Source of the DNA: Schmidtea polychroa
Lineage: Eukaryota
Reading direction: 5' to 3'
DNA length: 64,000 bases
Assembly (NCBI GenBank): GCA_044892525.1
Contig: CM097885.1
Span: 235,414,001 to 235,478,000 of the forward strand
Part shown: in pieces, positions 1 through 14,985 of the stretch
How positions within the stretch are numbered: position 1 is the first letter of the stretch
How the letters are laid out: each line of letters starts with the position of its first letter
Position numbers and translations under genes: made by a program
Notes under the pieces: generated by a model
What the model was told of the DNA's origin: nothing
Databases searched by the model: none
Seen by the model: only the letters and a program-made list of their open reading frames with translations

Positions 1-2719
1 ATCACCGACATGTCTAAGTAGCCATGGGTGTAGTGATAGCTAGAAAGTGAAGCAATTTGGATTTTCAAAGTCAAGATTAACGGAAACCATGACACAGAAA
101 TAATTTTTCTATCCGAAACATAAACATTGAATTAATTTTATCATTTTTATGGTGGGGTTGATAGTAGTGAGCTGACTTAATTCGATGGTGACAACAGTTA
201 CCAATTTCTAAGAACGCAGTGTCTATTCACTATCAATGAAACTCTACAGTTTTATTTAAATTCATTTATCATAATTTTTTTTATCATATCCTAATATTAT
301 TTAACTATTTACATTTAAATATTTTTATTTGAAAATTTTTATTTAAGCATTCAACGAAATCGGATTATGGGATTTTAGCCCAGGGAAATTTTAAAATTAA
401 AACAAAAATTTTGTGTTGACCGAGTTTTATCTTAAAATTGATTCTATTCTTTAGAATAAGAAATATGCTCACTTGATTAATTTTATCGTTACATTAAATT
501 ATATTATGAATGTTAGGTATTCACGCTGAACATTGCACAATACATTTGTTTTTAGCATTGCGGCGTTCAACGTGTTAAAGCAAATTTACCATATAGTTAG
601 GGCATAACATAAATGTTTAAGTTTATTAAAACAATTTTTATTTTATATTAATGTCAGACATTACTGAATGTATAGCTAATGTATAGTTAATGTATAGTAT
701 TAAATGGACCACATTCAAAATATAGGACCGTCCACAAAATATCGAGTAAATATTCAAAATAAGTGAAATTGAAAAATATGGAATTAAATAATTAAAACAA
801 AATTTAAATTCCAGAATATATTCGGGGAATAAATTCAATTGAATTGATATAAACAACACACAAAATATTTAGAGTAATAAAAAAATCCTACAATTAAAAC
901 AAGGAAAATTAACAATAAGTAATTATTATTTTTAATTAAGATATTTACTGAAATTTTCAATTAAAATTTATTTAATCATTCAATCGTCGTCTGCGTTTTT
1001 ATTTTTTCAAACGAAATTAAATGACAATTTTACCCAATAATTATCTGGAATTTGTTTTTTTAAATTAGTATTTAATGTATTTTAGTGTGAACGGCTCAAG
1101 TTGACCATGAGCAATTCTATATGATGTACATTGCAAAATGAAAGGAAATCTTCATTAATGTAAAACAGTAATTTTTGTTTCAACTGAAATTTCCTATGTG
1201 TTAACTTGATCATATTAAAATATTTCCCTTTCAACAGAATGTTCGGTTTCAGATTTCAACTACATGCTACGGGAAACGACCGATGTGTTTGGGAAATTTC
1301 GCTCCTTCAATTGATGTTCAATTGGAAATATTACCGGAAACACTGCCGGTCAAATTGGGTGTTTTTTTCTCGTTTTCATAAAGGTTACTTTACAGATGAG
1401 GAAAAGCAATGAACTTTTACATAGTAAATGTTATGTTCATTTTTTAATTATAGCCAATAATTCAATTTTGTTTTAATTATCATTTTTGCTTTTTTCGACT
1501 TAAAAAAAATAATTTTATAATTAATTAACAATGTTTTTGGTTATTATTTTATTCTCCGACTTGGAATCCTGTACAAGTTCGATTTTAGCAGTCAGGGAGC
1601 CTTAGGCAAACTTTTTGTGACATTCAATTTGACTTAAATTAATTTTCTATATAGCATTGAAATAATTTCCATTGTAAATTGGAAATGGGGTCAAACTCAG
1701 AATAAACATTCTCAACAAATGAAATAGTTGACATAATTAAAACAAATGTTAAAACAAAGGATCTCAAACAGAAAGGAAGTTGCAGTATATTTCATATGTA
1801 TTATAAGGATTATTAAATGCTTAACAACTTGAGATCTAATTCGGTTAATTCATGTATGAAATTAATTGAAATTATTCTAGAATTCGCTTGCAATCATAGA
1901 AAAAGATTAATTCAAAACTTTTTAAGCTTAATTTTGGGAGGTCTTAGCGGTTACCAGTTTTACGTGATCCTGCTGGAGTAATGAAATTGTTTTCCTTTTA
2001 TAAAGTTCTCCTTTCTGTGAAAACGACCTCAAACCTAATTTTTGTGAATCACATTTTTTACCTTGTGAACAAATATCATAGCAATGGAAATTTTCGACAA
2101 AATTATTAAAGGCAGATTTTACTACTAATCTAGGAAGAGTCGTTTTAGGTGTATGAAGTACCATATATAATTAAATTAATAAAATTAATTTTTTTAAATA
2201 AATTAATTAATTTGCCAAAAATAGATTATCCCAGTCTTGTCAACAAATGGAAAATTAGTATTGTTTTATAAGTTTAAATAATTGTTTTCAACAATAAAAT
2301 TAATTTTGTTTATCTTTGAAGTTAAAAAGAATTTTTTTTTGTTTAAATCTTATTAACTTTAATCATAATTTTTTGACAAAAGCATTTCCAAAAACAGATC
2401 AGGCATTTTTTACATTTAAATTTTGCAATTATTTGTAAACAATTTATAAAGAAGTTAAATTAAATTATTTACTGGGTCGAATCCATTGATTTATGGAAGG
2501 TCTAAAATTAAAGCATTTTGACTTTATTATCCACAATTATCTCTTACATCTCATTTTCCCTCTTCCAGATATATATTTATTCAATACATCTGAATATGCA
2601 AACTGCTGAATTAATAAACGGCATCGAACAGCAACAAAATACATAGCTACATTTTCATTAAAACCTATGCAATAATTCTTGCCTATACATTTTTTAAAAT
2701 GAAAAAAAATTAAAAATGG

Positions 2720-2745
2720 TATATATATATATATATATATATATA
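2720..2745. repeat. (TA)n microsatellite
   Basis: Direct reading of the sequence. Confidence 0.95.
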
Positions 2746-3083
2746 CCATTTTTTTAACATATAAAAATTATTTTAATATAAAAAAAAGCACAAAATTGTT
2801 AATTTTTTTTATTAACCCATCAAATTTCTTCAACTTCTTCGGCAACTGCTTCAGTTGATTCAACTTCAGCAACTATGATCTGTTTTTGTTTTCTTTGAAC
2901 ATTCCATTGTTAATTTTGTGCGTTTTTTTAAAATTAAAATAATTTTTATATGTTTAAAAGAATGGTTTTTATTTTCAGAAAGAAGAAAAATTTTATTAAA
3001 ATATTTTTTAGTTTGATACAATTTGATTATGATTATTATTTGTTAATTTGTTTAAATATTCTTATTTTCATTAAGTTATTATT

Positions 3084-3155
3084 AATACGATTCCTAGCCT
3101 GAAGAAGACTGTTAAACGGTCGAAATATATGGCAATGTTATATATTCGTGTTCTT
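3084..3155 (+). ncRNA. Degenerate hammerhead-ribozyme-like core (Penelope pseudo-LTR type)
   Basis: CTGAAGA (3099-3105), A, stem GACTG/CGGTC around TTAAA, GAAA (3122-3125), then a self-pairing TATATGGCAATGTTATATAT segment. Stem I is not convincingly paired. Confidence 0.35.
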
Positions 3156-3329
3156 CACCTTTCTATATTTAAGTTCAAAATCATATACTGATAGATTTGT
3201 CAGTCATATATGAAAATAAGTGCTTATTGCATTTTTTCTAATACTCAAGAAAATCAAAGCTTTATTGTTTGTTTTATTGTTTTATTCAATATAAGTATTC
3301 TTTAAAATATGTTAAATATTCATAGACTG

Positions 3330-4020
3330 CCAGAAGTTCTTTTCTCGTATCAGAATAACCCTTTCATGTGCTATAAGATGCCTGGAACAATAACCTATCA
3401 CCTTTTTCTTTACCGTCTTCCTTAACCTGCCGTAAAACTATCCCAATTGCTCCAAAATTGAATCTGCATCCAGTATGCACATTACATTTTCCGTCAGAAA
3501 GTCTAATATTGGTGTTTCCCACAGTCTGTATTTCAATGTTTGGAAACTTTCCTCACACTCTTTTGCCAACACTATTTTTTTCATAACCTGTAGTGGCTGA
3601 ATATAAAGGTTCTGAGATCTTTGCTTTTTCTATAATAAACCTTATATAGTAATTAGTCAAACCTAAAAATGATCGAAGTTGTTTTGCATATTTTGGAACC
3701 GCTGCTAACTTGATTTCATTTAATTTTTTGAATTTGTCTAACATCCTTTTGCACTAATGATATGCCCTAAGAATACTAACTCGGTTTTATAAAGGTTGCA
3801 CTTCTCAGGATTTATTCTCAGCCCTATCTGTTGAATTCTGTTGAATTCTGTTATGTGTTTATTATAAATATCAAGATATCTTTGAGGAAAAGAACCAAGT
3901 CCTCCAATATTGCGTGAATCAGCCTTTGAAATGTGGCTAGGGATGTAGGCAATCCAAAATGTAGTCAATTAACTCAAAATTGACTTTCTTTAGCATTAAA
4001 TGCCACCTCTCCTGTGCTAA
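3330..4020 (-). pseudogene. Decayed Gypsy pol fragment (RT C-terminus to RNase H)
   Basis: Minus-strand peptides GLRINPEKCNLYKTELVFLGHIISAKG, KQLRSFLGLTNYY and AIGIVLRQVKEDGKEKVIGYCSR, broken by frameshifts. Confidence 0.85.
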
Positions 4021-4612
4021 TGGTGTCACTCTTACTTAATAAAATAAAAATAATTAAATAAAATCATAGAAATGTTTAAAATTTTTAAAATTTATATTAT
4101 TTTGTAAAGACTTTTTCACAAAAAAATGTTAGATTATGTTAAGGAATTTTTTACGCAAAATTCATAGAAATTAAACCACATTTTGGAAATAAACAAAAAG
4201 ATTTTTACATACTTTTTCAAAAAAAATTCTTACTTTTATTGTGAAAAATCCGTCATATTTTCTAAAAAAATATTTTTAAAAATTCTTTATAAAATCAGTG
4301 TAAAAATTAAAACGCGTGAGAATGACGATAAATAATTAAATCATATATTAAATTTAATTAAATTAATTAATATTAATTTTTCAAAATCACAATCGACGTA
4401 GTTAATATTTAATTTAATGAATATTAATGGGGAATTTATTAATATTCAGGGTAAATGAGGATGAATATCGAAAAATTAGCTTATTATTAGCATATATAAA
4501 AATAAAGAATTTCATAGAACCTATTAAAGTATTTTATTAAATTAAATTAATTGTTTTAAACAATTTGCTTATCTAATTAAAAAAGCGATAAAAAATATAT
4601 TCATTAATATAG

Positions 4613-4613
<1 letters not shown>

Positions 4614-4682
<69 letters not shown>
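4614..4682. repeat. (TAT)n microsatellite
   Basis: Direct reading of the sequence. Confidence 0.95.
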
Positions 4683-4683
<1 letters not shown>

Positions 4684-7600
4684 AAATCTTGTAAAAAGAA
4701 ATTAAAAAAATCATAACACTAATTTGTTTTTTTTCAAAGTGAAAACCGAAGCTCATTTGTCAGTAGTTTATCAGCAAATTGAACATGAAATAAAACCTAT
4801 CACTAAGATTCACACTAAGATATTGAATATACTAATTATAATTTCTCTAATAACACATCCTCAATGAAATCTGACCCCCCTCTACGCTTCGCAAAGTGAA
4901 TCAATTCAATGACAATCTTTGTCGATTATAAGATATTAAAAAGATAACTGCTATTACAATGAACTGGCTCAACATGATTTTACCTGTTATCATACGTTCG
5001 GCTGAACGAGCGCGATTGAAAATTCGCAGTAACTTGACGCATTCAATTTACTCGTATGTTTTTCCTACTCTCCCATACAGACAACTGCTCTCCAAACCAC
5101 CATATAGAATTAATTAGTCAAGATGAACTGGTGGATAAGATTTTTCTGAACTTTGCATGGCATTGAAACCATAAGAGCTACTAATATTATACTGCTATTT
5201 GATACTACTATTGCCGAGAAAAGCCAATTAAGATCTTTTCAATCTCCCTTGAGTCTATAGATTTGAATGAATTGAAACAAACGACACTCTTATATAACTC
5301 ACAACTGTGAAACAAATACTCCATGACAAAAACAATCTATGGTTCGAGTCGAGTCTTTCAGTAAATTCAATCAAGCATAGTATTTCTTTATGAAAAATTT
5401 AATAAAAGGTTCTTTCTTTTTGTTTTACTAAAAAAAACAATTAATATTTTTAAATAAAATTTTTAATATTTTGTGAGGAGAATGTCATTTTTAATTTTAT
5501 TTAGTAGAAAATTATTTTGAAAAAAAACTTACCTATAAATTAATAATTTGAAAATGAATTTCTGGAAAGGGTAAAACCTTTACAGTTCGAAAAATGAATT
5601 GTTCAAAAACAAAAAGATTACTGCGATAAGAATGTTAAAGATATTTTTAATATTTGTGTAAAAAATTTACAAATTTCAGGTCCAGCATGAAAGAAAATAT
5701 TTCTATATTTGTAGTAAATGTAATTTGACATTGTAATATTGTATGTTTTTTATGCATTTTATAACATCTGGTAGTTTTATTTATTTAGAAAAAATATAGA
5801 AATATTTTATAACAGAATAAATAATTTTATTTATCTAACTATTGACATATGAAAATAAAAATACACTAATAATTATTCAATGTGCCGTACTTATGTAATG
5901 TAATAACAAATACTGAAAATATATATGGTATAGTAAATTGCATTGTGTCACTGAAATAATTATCACCAGTCTAACTTGTGATTGATTCACACAGGATTTA
6001 AAGGGACTTAATTTGGATTTTTTATAATTTAAATCTTACTTTGAAAAAAATGGTGTTTGAAATTTAATTAACTTATATCAAACAGGCTATTTTAAAAATA
6101 TATGCCAAAAATATTTTCATTAATTAACAACAAATGTCAAATGATCGTAGACATTTAACTGCAGGGGACTCTTAGGAAAAGTACAATTGGATTCTGGTTT
6201 TTTTACTATCACTTTTAAATTTCGGTAAATATCCTCATTTTGCTTTGAGATCTATATCGGGCAGTTGGTGCATATTAGGACCAGCTTTGATCATTTAAAA
6301 TTAATCTTCAGGGCGGTTTGTATAACCGATTATCTTTCCTTAGAAAGCGACAGTTTTTTGTATCAGTTCAATTAATTGTACTTGTTAATAATAATTAGTT
6401 AATAAATTTTTATAAAACATATCGTTATTTATAAATTTAAACATACACGCGAATAGATATATTAATTAAAGCCAGGCATTTTTATTGTGTTAGGCGTACT
6501 CCACTATACGAACCTAACACTTGAAATAGATTTGTTTTTATGTAAAAAAATTCAATTCAATTTTCATTCGTTTTATTTAAATCCTTCGTTTTTTCTGAAA
6601 ATAAAATGTAACAAAATATTTATTTTATATTTTAATACAATGGTAATGGCAACACAATAAAGGAAACTGGCCGCATTTTGAGCACACCTGTCTTATGTTA
6701 TAACAATAATGTAATACGTGTAATATTCATCGTAATAGTTATTTCATTGTTGAAAATTCTCATTTTTGTTTTTAATAAATTTGAAACTTGTAGCAAAGCC
6801 TTATTATATTATTGTTAATTGATGCTATTACCAGGAAACAACTGTTTTATATTAACACGATATGTTGTTATGAAAATAAAAAATTGATTAAAAAAATAAA
6901 ATCCGAAATTATAAATATTGAAATATTTTTTATCAAAAAAAATAAGGAAAAATAAAATCGAAAATCATATAACTTTGGTAAACTAAAATAAACCAAAGGC
7001 AAAATAGTTCATCCGAACCAAACTTTCGAAACTGTAACTTTGTTGAAGTAATACAGTATAAATCACTTAAACCTAACTCGTTTAAACAGAACAAAAACAG
7101 ATCCCAAATCCACACTTTGGTATGTTTTATATTACATTTGCTCTGTTTAAGCACTGTAGTAGGTTGTTATATTTTTATTGTTATTATTATTTACAACAAA
7201 ACCACAATTAGGATTTTTCCTTTACGATCGTTTCGTTCCTGTAGCGTGGAGGAAATGAAATTAAAAAAAAATTTACTATAGTAAATCATCGCTATAAGAA
7301 AATTAAAGATTAAAAAAAATCAATATTAAAACTTAGAATTATATTAGGAAATTATAAGCAAACATTCACCCGAAGCTTTTACAAATCCGTTTAATAATTG
7401 GATATAAAACTTCACCAAACAGAAGACATAACCGGAATATATAAAATATAAAATACCAAAGAGCATCTTTAACCGATCACTCAGCGAATATAAAGACCAC
7501 TCTGCGAATCAAGTCAAGTCCATTTAAATTTACTCAAAGGAATTTCAAGTACAGATTTCAGTACCAAACACTGTAACTCAATTAATAAAGCAAATCCAAA

Positions 7601-8399
7601 TTCCCATCAGTCTATTAGCCTCTCAAGTACCATTATTATTCTTATTGTAAGCAACAGTTCGATCCCCGCTACCGGACGATTAATAATTGGACAAGTAATC
7701 ACTTTGTGGTTAACAATTTTTTAGTTAATTTTTAGTTAATAAATTTTGTAATTTTATTTAATATTTGATTAGTATTCTATCTGCTATCTTATACACACAA
7801 ACACCCCAACTGTCCCGAGACAGTATTTTTTTAAAGGTGACGCTGTTGGGTTCTACAGATTTCATAATAAATAACCACAATCACAATTTAAGATAAACAA
7901 TGCAATCTACAACAACCACATCTCTTTACCCGAAGCAATTTTAAAAATGTTTATAAAACATAAAATGTAAAGTAAAATGTAAATAAAAAAATGCAAAATT
8001 AAACATAAATATAAAATTCGTAAGTATAAAATATTATTGAAAGAATTAATTATCAAAGCTGTCTGTAAAATAAATAATTGATTTTTATTTCGTTTTAATT
8101 ATCATCTACAATTGGAATAATTCATTTAATTCCAATATTTTACATCCTCAGTGAAAAACAAAAAAATAAAATTTTAACTTAAAAAGTAAAATTAAAAAAA
8201 ATGGATTTGGGAATAAAGCAAGCCGATATTTCAAGGGAGTAATGATGTATATCCGTCTATAATTTCCTCTATAAAGTCTAATCGGGAATATATATAATAT
8301 ATAATAATATATAATAATATAATATATAATATATATATATATATTACTTAAGACCATTTTAAATGGATCATTAGAAACAAAAAAACCTTAAAAGAATTC

Positions 8400-9140
8400 T
8401 GAAGCTATATTTTTCTGAGCTTTTGGAATGGTTTGGATTTCAAAGGAATATATGTGTCCAATAAGCTCAGAAGTACTTTTATAAAAGGCCATTCAAGTTG
8501 CAACAAAACTTGATTTAGCAGATTTCAGGTTGAATTCAAAGCCTTACAACCCGTCATGATCTTAAATTTGGTGCTATTTCTGGAGAATCGGATTCGATTG
8601 ATAAAGTTCTTGTTGAATAATGGTCAAATGAAAAGGCCACAGACATGAAAAAGATATGAAGACAAAGATATTTTTAATGAGGATGAAACAGGATTATTGT
8701 TTAAAATGTTACCTAAAACACATTAAAATTTAAAGGCGATAAATCCAAAAGTGAGAAAATTTCTTAAGAAAGGTTGAACGTTTATTTATGTGCAACTGGA
8801 AGGAAATCGCCAACCATTATTAAATATCTTAAGTCTAGATGCTTTAAAAACAAGAGCTTAGCTCACAATAAATATCACAAAAATAGTAATGCTTGGATGA
8901 AATCTGATATTAAAATGGGATTCGAAATTAAGATGTAACATTTTGACAAATATTAAACTTTATTTTTTACCACCAAATGCAACAAGTATTTTACAGCCGA
9001 TGGACGCGGGAATTATTAAGAACTTTAAGGTAAATTCTCGTAATATGTTATTAACTGAGGGGGTAGAATTCAATGATCAACAAAAGGAGTTTGCAATTAA
9101 TCTTTTTGAAATTAAAAAGGATATTCAAGATAAATAATTT
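8400..9140 (+). pseudogene. Decayed Tigger/pogo (CENP-B/DDE_1) transposase
   Basis: Fragments resembling RHDLKFGAISGES, FNEDETGLLFKMLP, KERL and IKLYFLPPNATSILQPMDAGIIKNFK, with many stops and frameshifts. Confidence 0.85.
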
Positions 9141-9439
9141 TTTTAAAAAGATCAAGACAAAAGAAAATTACTGATTATTTGCAAAGAAAATAATATTGTA
9201 AGGTTTTTGGTAGTCAATTCATTTTAAATTAATACATGTTCTCTTTTATCGTAGTAAGTTTCGTTTGCATTTAATTACATGTACATTTAAAATAAAAATG
9301 AAATTTAATTTCAAATTGTTTACATAGAAAAATGTTTAAACAGAACAAATATTTTTGGCCCCAAAAATCTTCAATTTAAGTAAACTATTTTGAATATCTA
9401 ATATTTATGTATTTACATATATTAAAACAAATATATTAA

Positions 9440-9630
9440 NNNNNNNNNNNNNNNNNNNNNNNNNNNNNNNNNNNNNNNNNNNNNNNNNNNNNNNNNNNNN
9501 NNNNNNNNNNNNNNNNNNNNNNNNNNNNNNNNNNNNNNNNNNNNNNNNNNNNNNNNNNNNNNNNNNNNNNNNNNNNNNNNNNNNNNNNNNNNNNNNNNNN
9601 NNNNNNNNNNNNNNNNNNNNNNNNNNNNNN
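9440..9630. other. Assembly gap (others: 20034-20244, 24766-25123, 25878-26014, 26159-26296, 28830-29051, 35118-35299)
   Basis: Runs of N. Confidence 1.
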
Positions 9631-10297
9631 AAAAGAATCAACTCTAAAATTCTAAAAGGATTTCATAATATACAATTCGCTAATAAATTAAAATTGATCT
9701 TTTGTTTAAAACAATAAAGTGGTTTTTAAAAAATGTATTATTAACTGTATAACTAAATTGGTACTTTAAAATTTGAAGTGACAAAAATGTTGTTTTAATG
9801 CTCTTATCCGAGGGGAGATGTAACTAATTCAAGCGATTTTCATTGAAACGAGTAGTTTCTGTTTTTTTAATGAAGGTTTGAAATGTTCCTAGTGCTACCA
9901 AATTTCAACGGCAAAACGGCTGTTAGTATAGCTTGATTATCAGAAATATTGCTTCATTTGTATCCCATTCTCTGCTGAACAATACAACTATATTTGATGA
10001 AAATATTTAGTTCAAAAATACTAACTAAATTAACAAATTTTGTCAGTTTTTTTATTAAAAATAGCTTTCATGCTCTTTTGAGATGAAGTTTGCATTGTTA
10101 ACCGTGTCCGCTGAATGACTCTAGTCAAAAAGCTTTTATTTTCATACAATATAAAAAATTGTATAACATTTATTAAAAATTTTAAAATGTTATACAGTCA
10201 AGATACATTGATAAAAGTAAATAAAACAAAATATAAAATAAAAAATATACTTTTATTAAGATATTTTATTAAATTATAAAGTTCATTTAAACAAATA

Positions 10298-10514
10298 CAC
10301 TCATACCTCGCTATACGGCTGCTCTTTATACGGCTTTTCGCTATAACGGCCTACTTTAATTACGGCACTTTTTCGATTTACGGCCAAAAAAAGTGTGAAT
10401 TGTGTATGTGAAAGGGTATGGAATTGTATCAAAATATTTGATTCGTTATGCGGCGTTTCGCTTTGCGGCCAACTTTCCTGGAACGTATCTAGGCCGTAAA
10501 GCGAGGTATGAGTG
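10298..10514. mobile_element. Tigger/pogo-type MITE (217 bp)
   Basis: 22-bp TIR CACTCATACCTCGCT(A/T)TACGGC with 1 mismatch, TA flanking both ends, and internal TACGGC sub-repeats. Confidence 0.9.
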
Positions 10515-11683
10515 TAGTTGAAATGAAAACGTAATGATGATTAAACAAATTAATTAATTAATTCTACAAAATGTCTCATAAAAGAATTCATTTTTTAAAG
10601 ACTATTTTTTCCATTTTTTGTTCGAAAAAAAAAATTTCATAACATAAACTTTGTAAAGATGATAATAAAATTTCAATAATTAAAGATGTTGAATATAAAA
10701 GGCGATTCTGAGAAATTTATTTAATTCATTCAAATTTCCTTCTGTAAGTTTGTTGATTTAATCAAAACAAATGCAATTTTAATTATTGATTGTATTCGAA
10801 CTCCTCCATCTTTTTGGTATAAATTAATAATTACCAGGAATATAATGCAATTTTATTCATACAAATATAAAATCATTTTCAAATTAAACATTTACAACTA
10901 AAATTTATTAATTTAATTTCTAGTGACAGAGAAATGCATTCTCCTTTCGGAATAGGGGGGGTGCTTCTTTATTCGTGCAAAATGCTTGCTCTCGTGAAAT
11001 TTTGCAATTTTGAGAAAATCATTCTTCGTCTCTTATTTCGCAATGAATAAGTCCGCTGATTTATTACAGATTCGACCTGAAATGGACCAAAATATATAGA
11101 AACATTAACTTCCTTATTATCTTAGTAAACCAGTGTTCACAATTTGATCGCGCTATTATTTGAAGAGTAATATCTTTAATTAAAATAAGACATGCATATT
11201 TCCAAGAATTGCTAATGATGCCGAAAATGTATAACAAAAATGGTTTTGAATATTAATTGGTATTATTTGAAATAGTTTAGTTATTATAATAAGTAGTGTA
11301 CTGTTGGGGTTCAATGTTACAGGCACAGAATTAAAGCGAAAATCAATAAAAACATCAAATTCTCAATAATAATTAAAGCACGCAGATACAACACTAAATA
11401 AAGTTAAACTAAAACCACGTTAAAACACCCACTAAACACAATTAAAAGTACTTACGCAACACCAAAATGATAAACAAATGAGTAAAGTAAAATAAAACAT
11501 AAAGCAAGAAGTAATGCATGAAACAAACTCAAACATATCATATACACATAATAGAAGTAAACAAATTTTAATTAATGACGATAAAAGAAAGTAAGAATGG
11601 AAATTGAAAATATTTCCACAAAATAACATTAAAAAATGTATTAGGAGTCAAATGTATAATAGAAATAATAAGAAAGGCTAGTA

Positions 11684-13830
11684 CAGAGGTGTCCAACACG
11701 TGGCCCGCCGAGGTCTTCTATGCGGCCCCTACGTTATCCCAAAAATATTTGTCACCACATGTTTTTCGTTAATTTTTAATCATTACTTAATCATGTACTT
11801 CACGCGCGCATGAAGCGTGAAGGTATCCGGATGGCTATTTTCGCGTGAAGGTAAAACAATCGATTTATTTTGCTAGCCTTCATGTGAACATTTTGGTAAT
11901 ATATTTGTGCTACAGCAGAGCGTCTTCGGACAGCAGTCAGCAACAAGTCTGAAGCTTTAATCAAAGTATGTTTTTTAATAGCTGAAGCTATAGCTAAGCG
12001 AGGGAAAGTATTTTCCTATGGTGAATTTGTTAAGGAATGCCTCAGGCTGTTTACTGGTGTGGTCTGTCCAGAAAAGAAGTCAGAAGTAGAGAAAGTCAGT
12101 CTTTCTCATCAAACGGTTGCGAGAAGAGCTGACGAGCTCGCATCCAATATATAAGAAAGTCTCATTAAAAGACTTGCTGAATGCGAATTTTATTCTCTTG
12201 CGCTCGACGAAAGCACGGACAATAGTGATACGGCTCAACTGTCGGTGTTTGTAAGCGGAGTAACAGGAAAGTTTGTCATTATCGAAGAACTGTTGGATAT
12301 ATGTTCAACGAAAGGCACTACGACGGGGAGGATTATTTTGGATCAGGTCAAGAGGGTCCTCACAAAATTTAATCTTCCTGAGAATAAATTGAATGGTTTA
12401 ACCACAGACGAAGCCCCTTCAATGACAGGTAGACACAATGGGTTTGTATCTATTGGTTTGTATCATTAATGGTAAAATTACTGCCTCACAAAATTGTCAG
12501 TCATCACTGCATTATCCACCAAGAACAGCTATGTGCTAAGGTCTTGAGCATGCAACATGTAATGGACAATGTAGTTTCAACAGTCATTGTGATAAGGTCT
12601 CGTGAGCTAAACCACAGACAATTTCGGGCTTCCTTTGAAGAGTTGAGATCAGATCATTGTGATGTTATTTACTTCTGCCAAGTCCCGTAGCTAAGTAGGC
12701 CAAACACGTTAGCCAGGTTTTGGTCACTTTGAGACGAAATAAAAACATTTATGACAGAAAATGGAAAAGATGTTGGCTTCCTCGATGAACAGCAGTAGCT
12801 GAATGACTTGGCGTTTTTGGTGGACATGACCAAACATCTTGCAGATCTTAATGTCAAACTCCAAGGTAAGGATCAACTGGTCCATAAAATGTATGAGTGT
12901 GTTGTCGCGTTTGTGCAAAAACTGAAACTTTCCCGGAAACACTTAGATCAGAAGATCCTGTTACATTTCACAACACTAGCAGCAAGATCGCCTGAAACGC
13001 TGTCTCATTTGTAGTACTCCACACTTGTTAGCAAACTTGTTGATGAATTTGAAGAGAAGTTTCAGGATTTCCAACAACATGCGGATGACATGAACATGAT
13101 TAGTAATCCATTTAATATCGATCCCTCTGATGTACCTGATGAATTTCAACTCGAACTAATCGACATTCACAATGACAGCAATTTAAAAACTGCTTATGAT
13201 CAGCATGAGCTTGTTACCTTTTACAAGCAATATGTTTCATCAGAGTCTTTTTTTAACATAGCCAAACATGCTCGCAGGTATATTGTACTTTTTGGCAGAA
13301 CATATTGCTGTGAACAGTTTTTTCCAGACTGAAAAAAAAACAGATGAACTTTTATCAGGAATCCTTAGAATTGCCACATCCACTGTTGCAGCAGATGTCG
13401 ACTTTTTATGCAAACAGAAACAATGCCAAATATCTCATTAATGTCTGCAGTGCAGAAGACATTGAATACCTGTGGAATTTAATTAATCCGAATACAATAA
13501 TATTACGTGAGTCCTTGTCATGTAATTTTGTAAGTTTCATAAGTTTCTGTCTTCATGTTATTGAAATAAAAATCCAAAAGTAAAAAATTGGCCATAATAT
13601 CTATCGAATTATTTTCCAGAACACATGATTAATTTTTTATTATTTTTAATTATAATTATGTTAAAAAATACTATTGTATTGCGGTTTATTTATTAAGTAT
13701 AATAGTAATAGTCATACTAAATTACGATCTTATTTTCTGATGCGGTCAGCTACGCCAATTTACATTAGGCCCCCGGACCTTTTAAATTTTTGAAATATGG
13801 CCCCCAACGCAAAAAGTTTGGACACCCCTG
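11684..13830 (+). mobile_element. hAT DNA transposon (Charlie/SPIN, GTF2IRD2-like group), near full length, inactive
   Basis: TIRs CAG(A/G)GGTGTCCAA at both ends. Imperfect 8-bp TSD ggCTAGta / gtCTAGaa. Confidence 0.9.
11950..13420 (+). pseudogene. hAT transposase pseudogene
   Basis: Motifs FYSLALDESTDNSDTAQLSVFV, LTTDEAPSMTG, HCIIHQEQLCAK, LAFLVDMTKHLADLNVKLQGK and LFGRTYCCEQFF, split over several ORFs by stops and frameshifts. Confidence 0.9.
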
Positions 13831-14985
13831 GTCTAGAATATTCTATGAAAATAGCGAAATCCATCATGGCCGCCAAAAACTAGTAGAAGTTAAGTAATAT
13901 ATAAAAATAAATGATCAAAACTAAAATAAAACAACGTAAGAATTAAAAGAAATAAGAATTATATAATAAAATCCATAAAGTAGCATAAAATATTCTAGAA
14001 AGGGTCATCCCATCATGGCGGCGAAATTATTTAAAATTAAATAAAATCAGAAAATAAAATAAATGACAAATTATTAAAAAATCGCCATCAAAATTGACAA
14101 AAATTAAAAGTCACGCTAATTAGAATTAAAATAATTTAAATTTGTTTTACTGAATCAATGCACGCAAACATATACGCACACTAAAATCAGACTATAAATA
14201 CAGCGCATTTCAGTAATAATGAAATGCTGAAAATTTCAGCAGCCCAAAATTTTCTGAATTTGTGCCAGCTTAAAGAAGTAAGAATTTATAATAGTACTTT
14301 GTCTATGTATTCTAGAATTTTCATTATGCGATTAAAGTTTTGAATTGAATTTTTGTGTTCTTTTGTTATCTTTGAAAGACGAATTCACTTTCATTCAATA
14401 AAATCGCTAAACCTAAAAGTCGGGAAATCGTGGAGCACTACCGGCTCAAAATTTTAAAATCTAACATTGAACAACATCCATATTATAGGAAACTTAAAAC
14501 TCAAAAACAAGGAAATAAGGGCAGATCCCTGCTCAAAATTTTCGAAGCATAGTATAACATCAAGTAATGAGAGAACTCTGCAGGAACTGAACATCATGAA
14601 ACACACGAAATTCATTATAAATATAAAACAATAAAATAAGAAATTTAATTGTAAAATGATAACTTTATATAGATCTAAAATAAAAGTTAATTATTTGAAA
14701 TTATAAAATTAATTTTAGATTAAAGAAGAATTTAATAAGAAATGTAAAATTTTATAATTAAAATTTAATTTAGAAATTTGTTTTACTTTAACTTAAAATT
14801 TAGTTTTAAACTTTATAATTTAAGTATTATTTTTAGAATTTAACTCGATATTTGCTTTAATAATAATTTAACTTCATAATTTTAATTTTAATTTAAGATA
14901 AATAATTTAATGACTTTATGTAACTTTAATTAGAATTTATTTTTTTCTTTTATCCTGTTTACACCTTTTTCTTGTAATACTGGAT

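Noticed and set aside
2712-2753. Palindrome AAAAATGG(TA)nCCATTTTT
   Set aside because: The symmetry is mostly due to the self-complementary (TA)n, and the short flanks are not distinctive in AT-rich DNA.
4780-5370. Possible non-LTR retrotransposon 3' remnant
   Set aside because: It is too decayed for me to recover a diagnostic motif.
11302-14962. Solo LTR (TGTTG...TTTACA) interrupted by the hAT
   Set aside because: The layout is LTR-like, but I found no matching TSD, so it is not reported as a feature.
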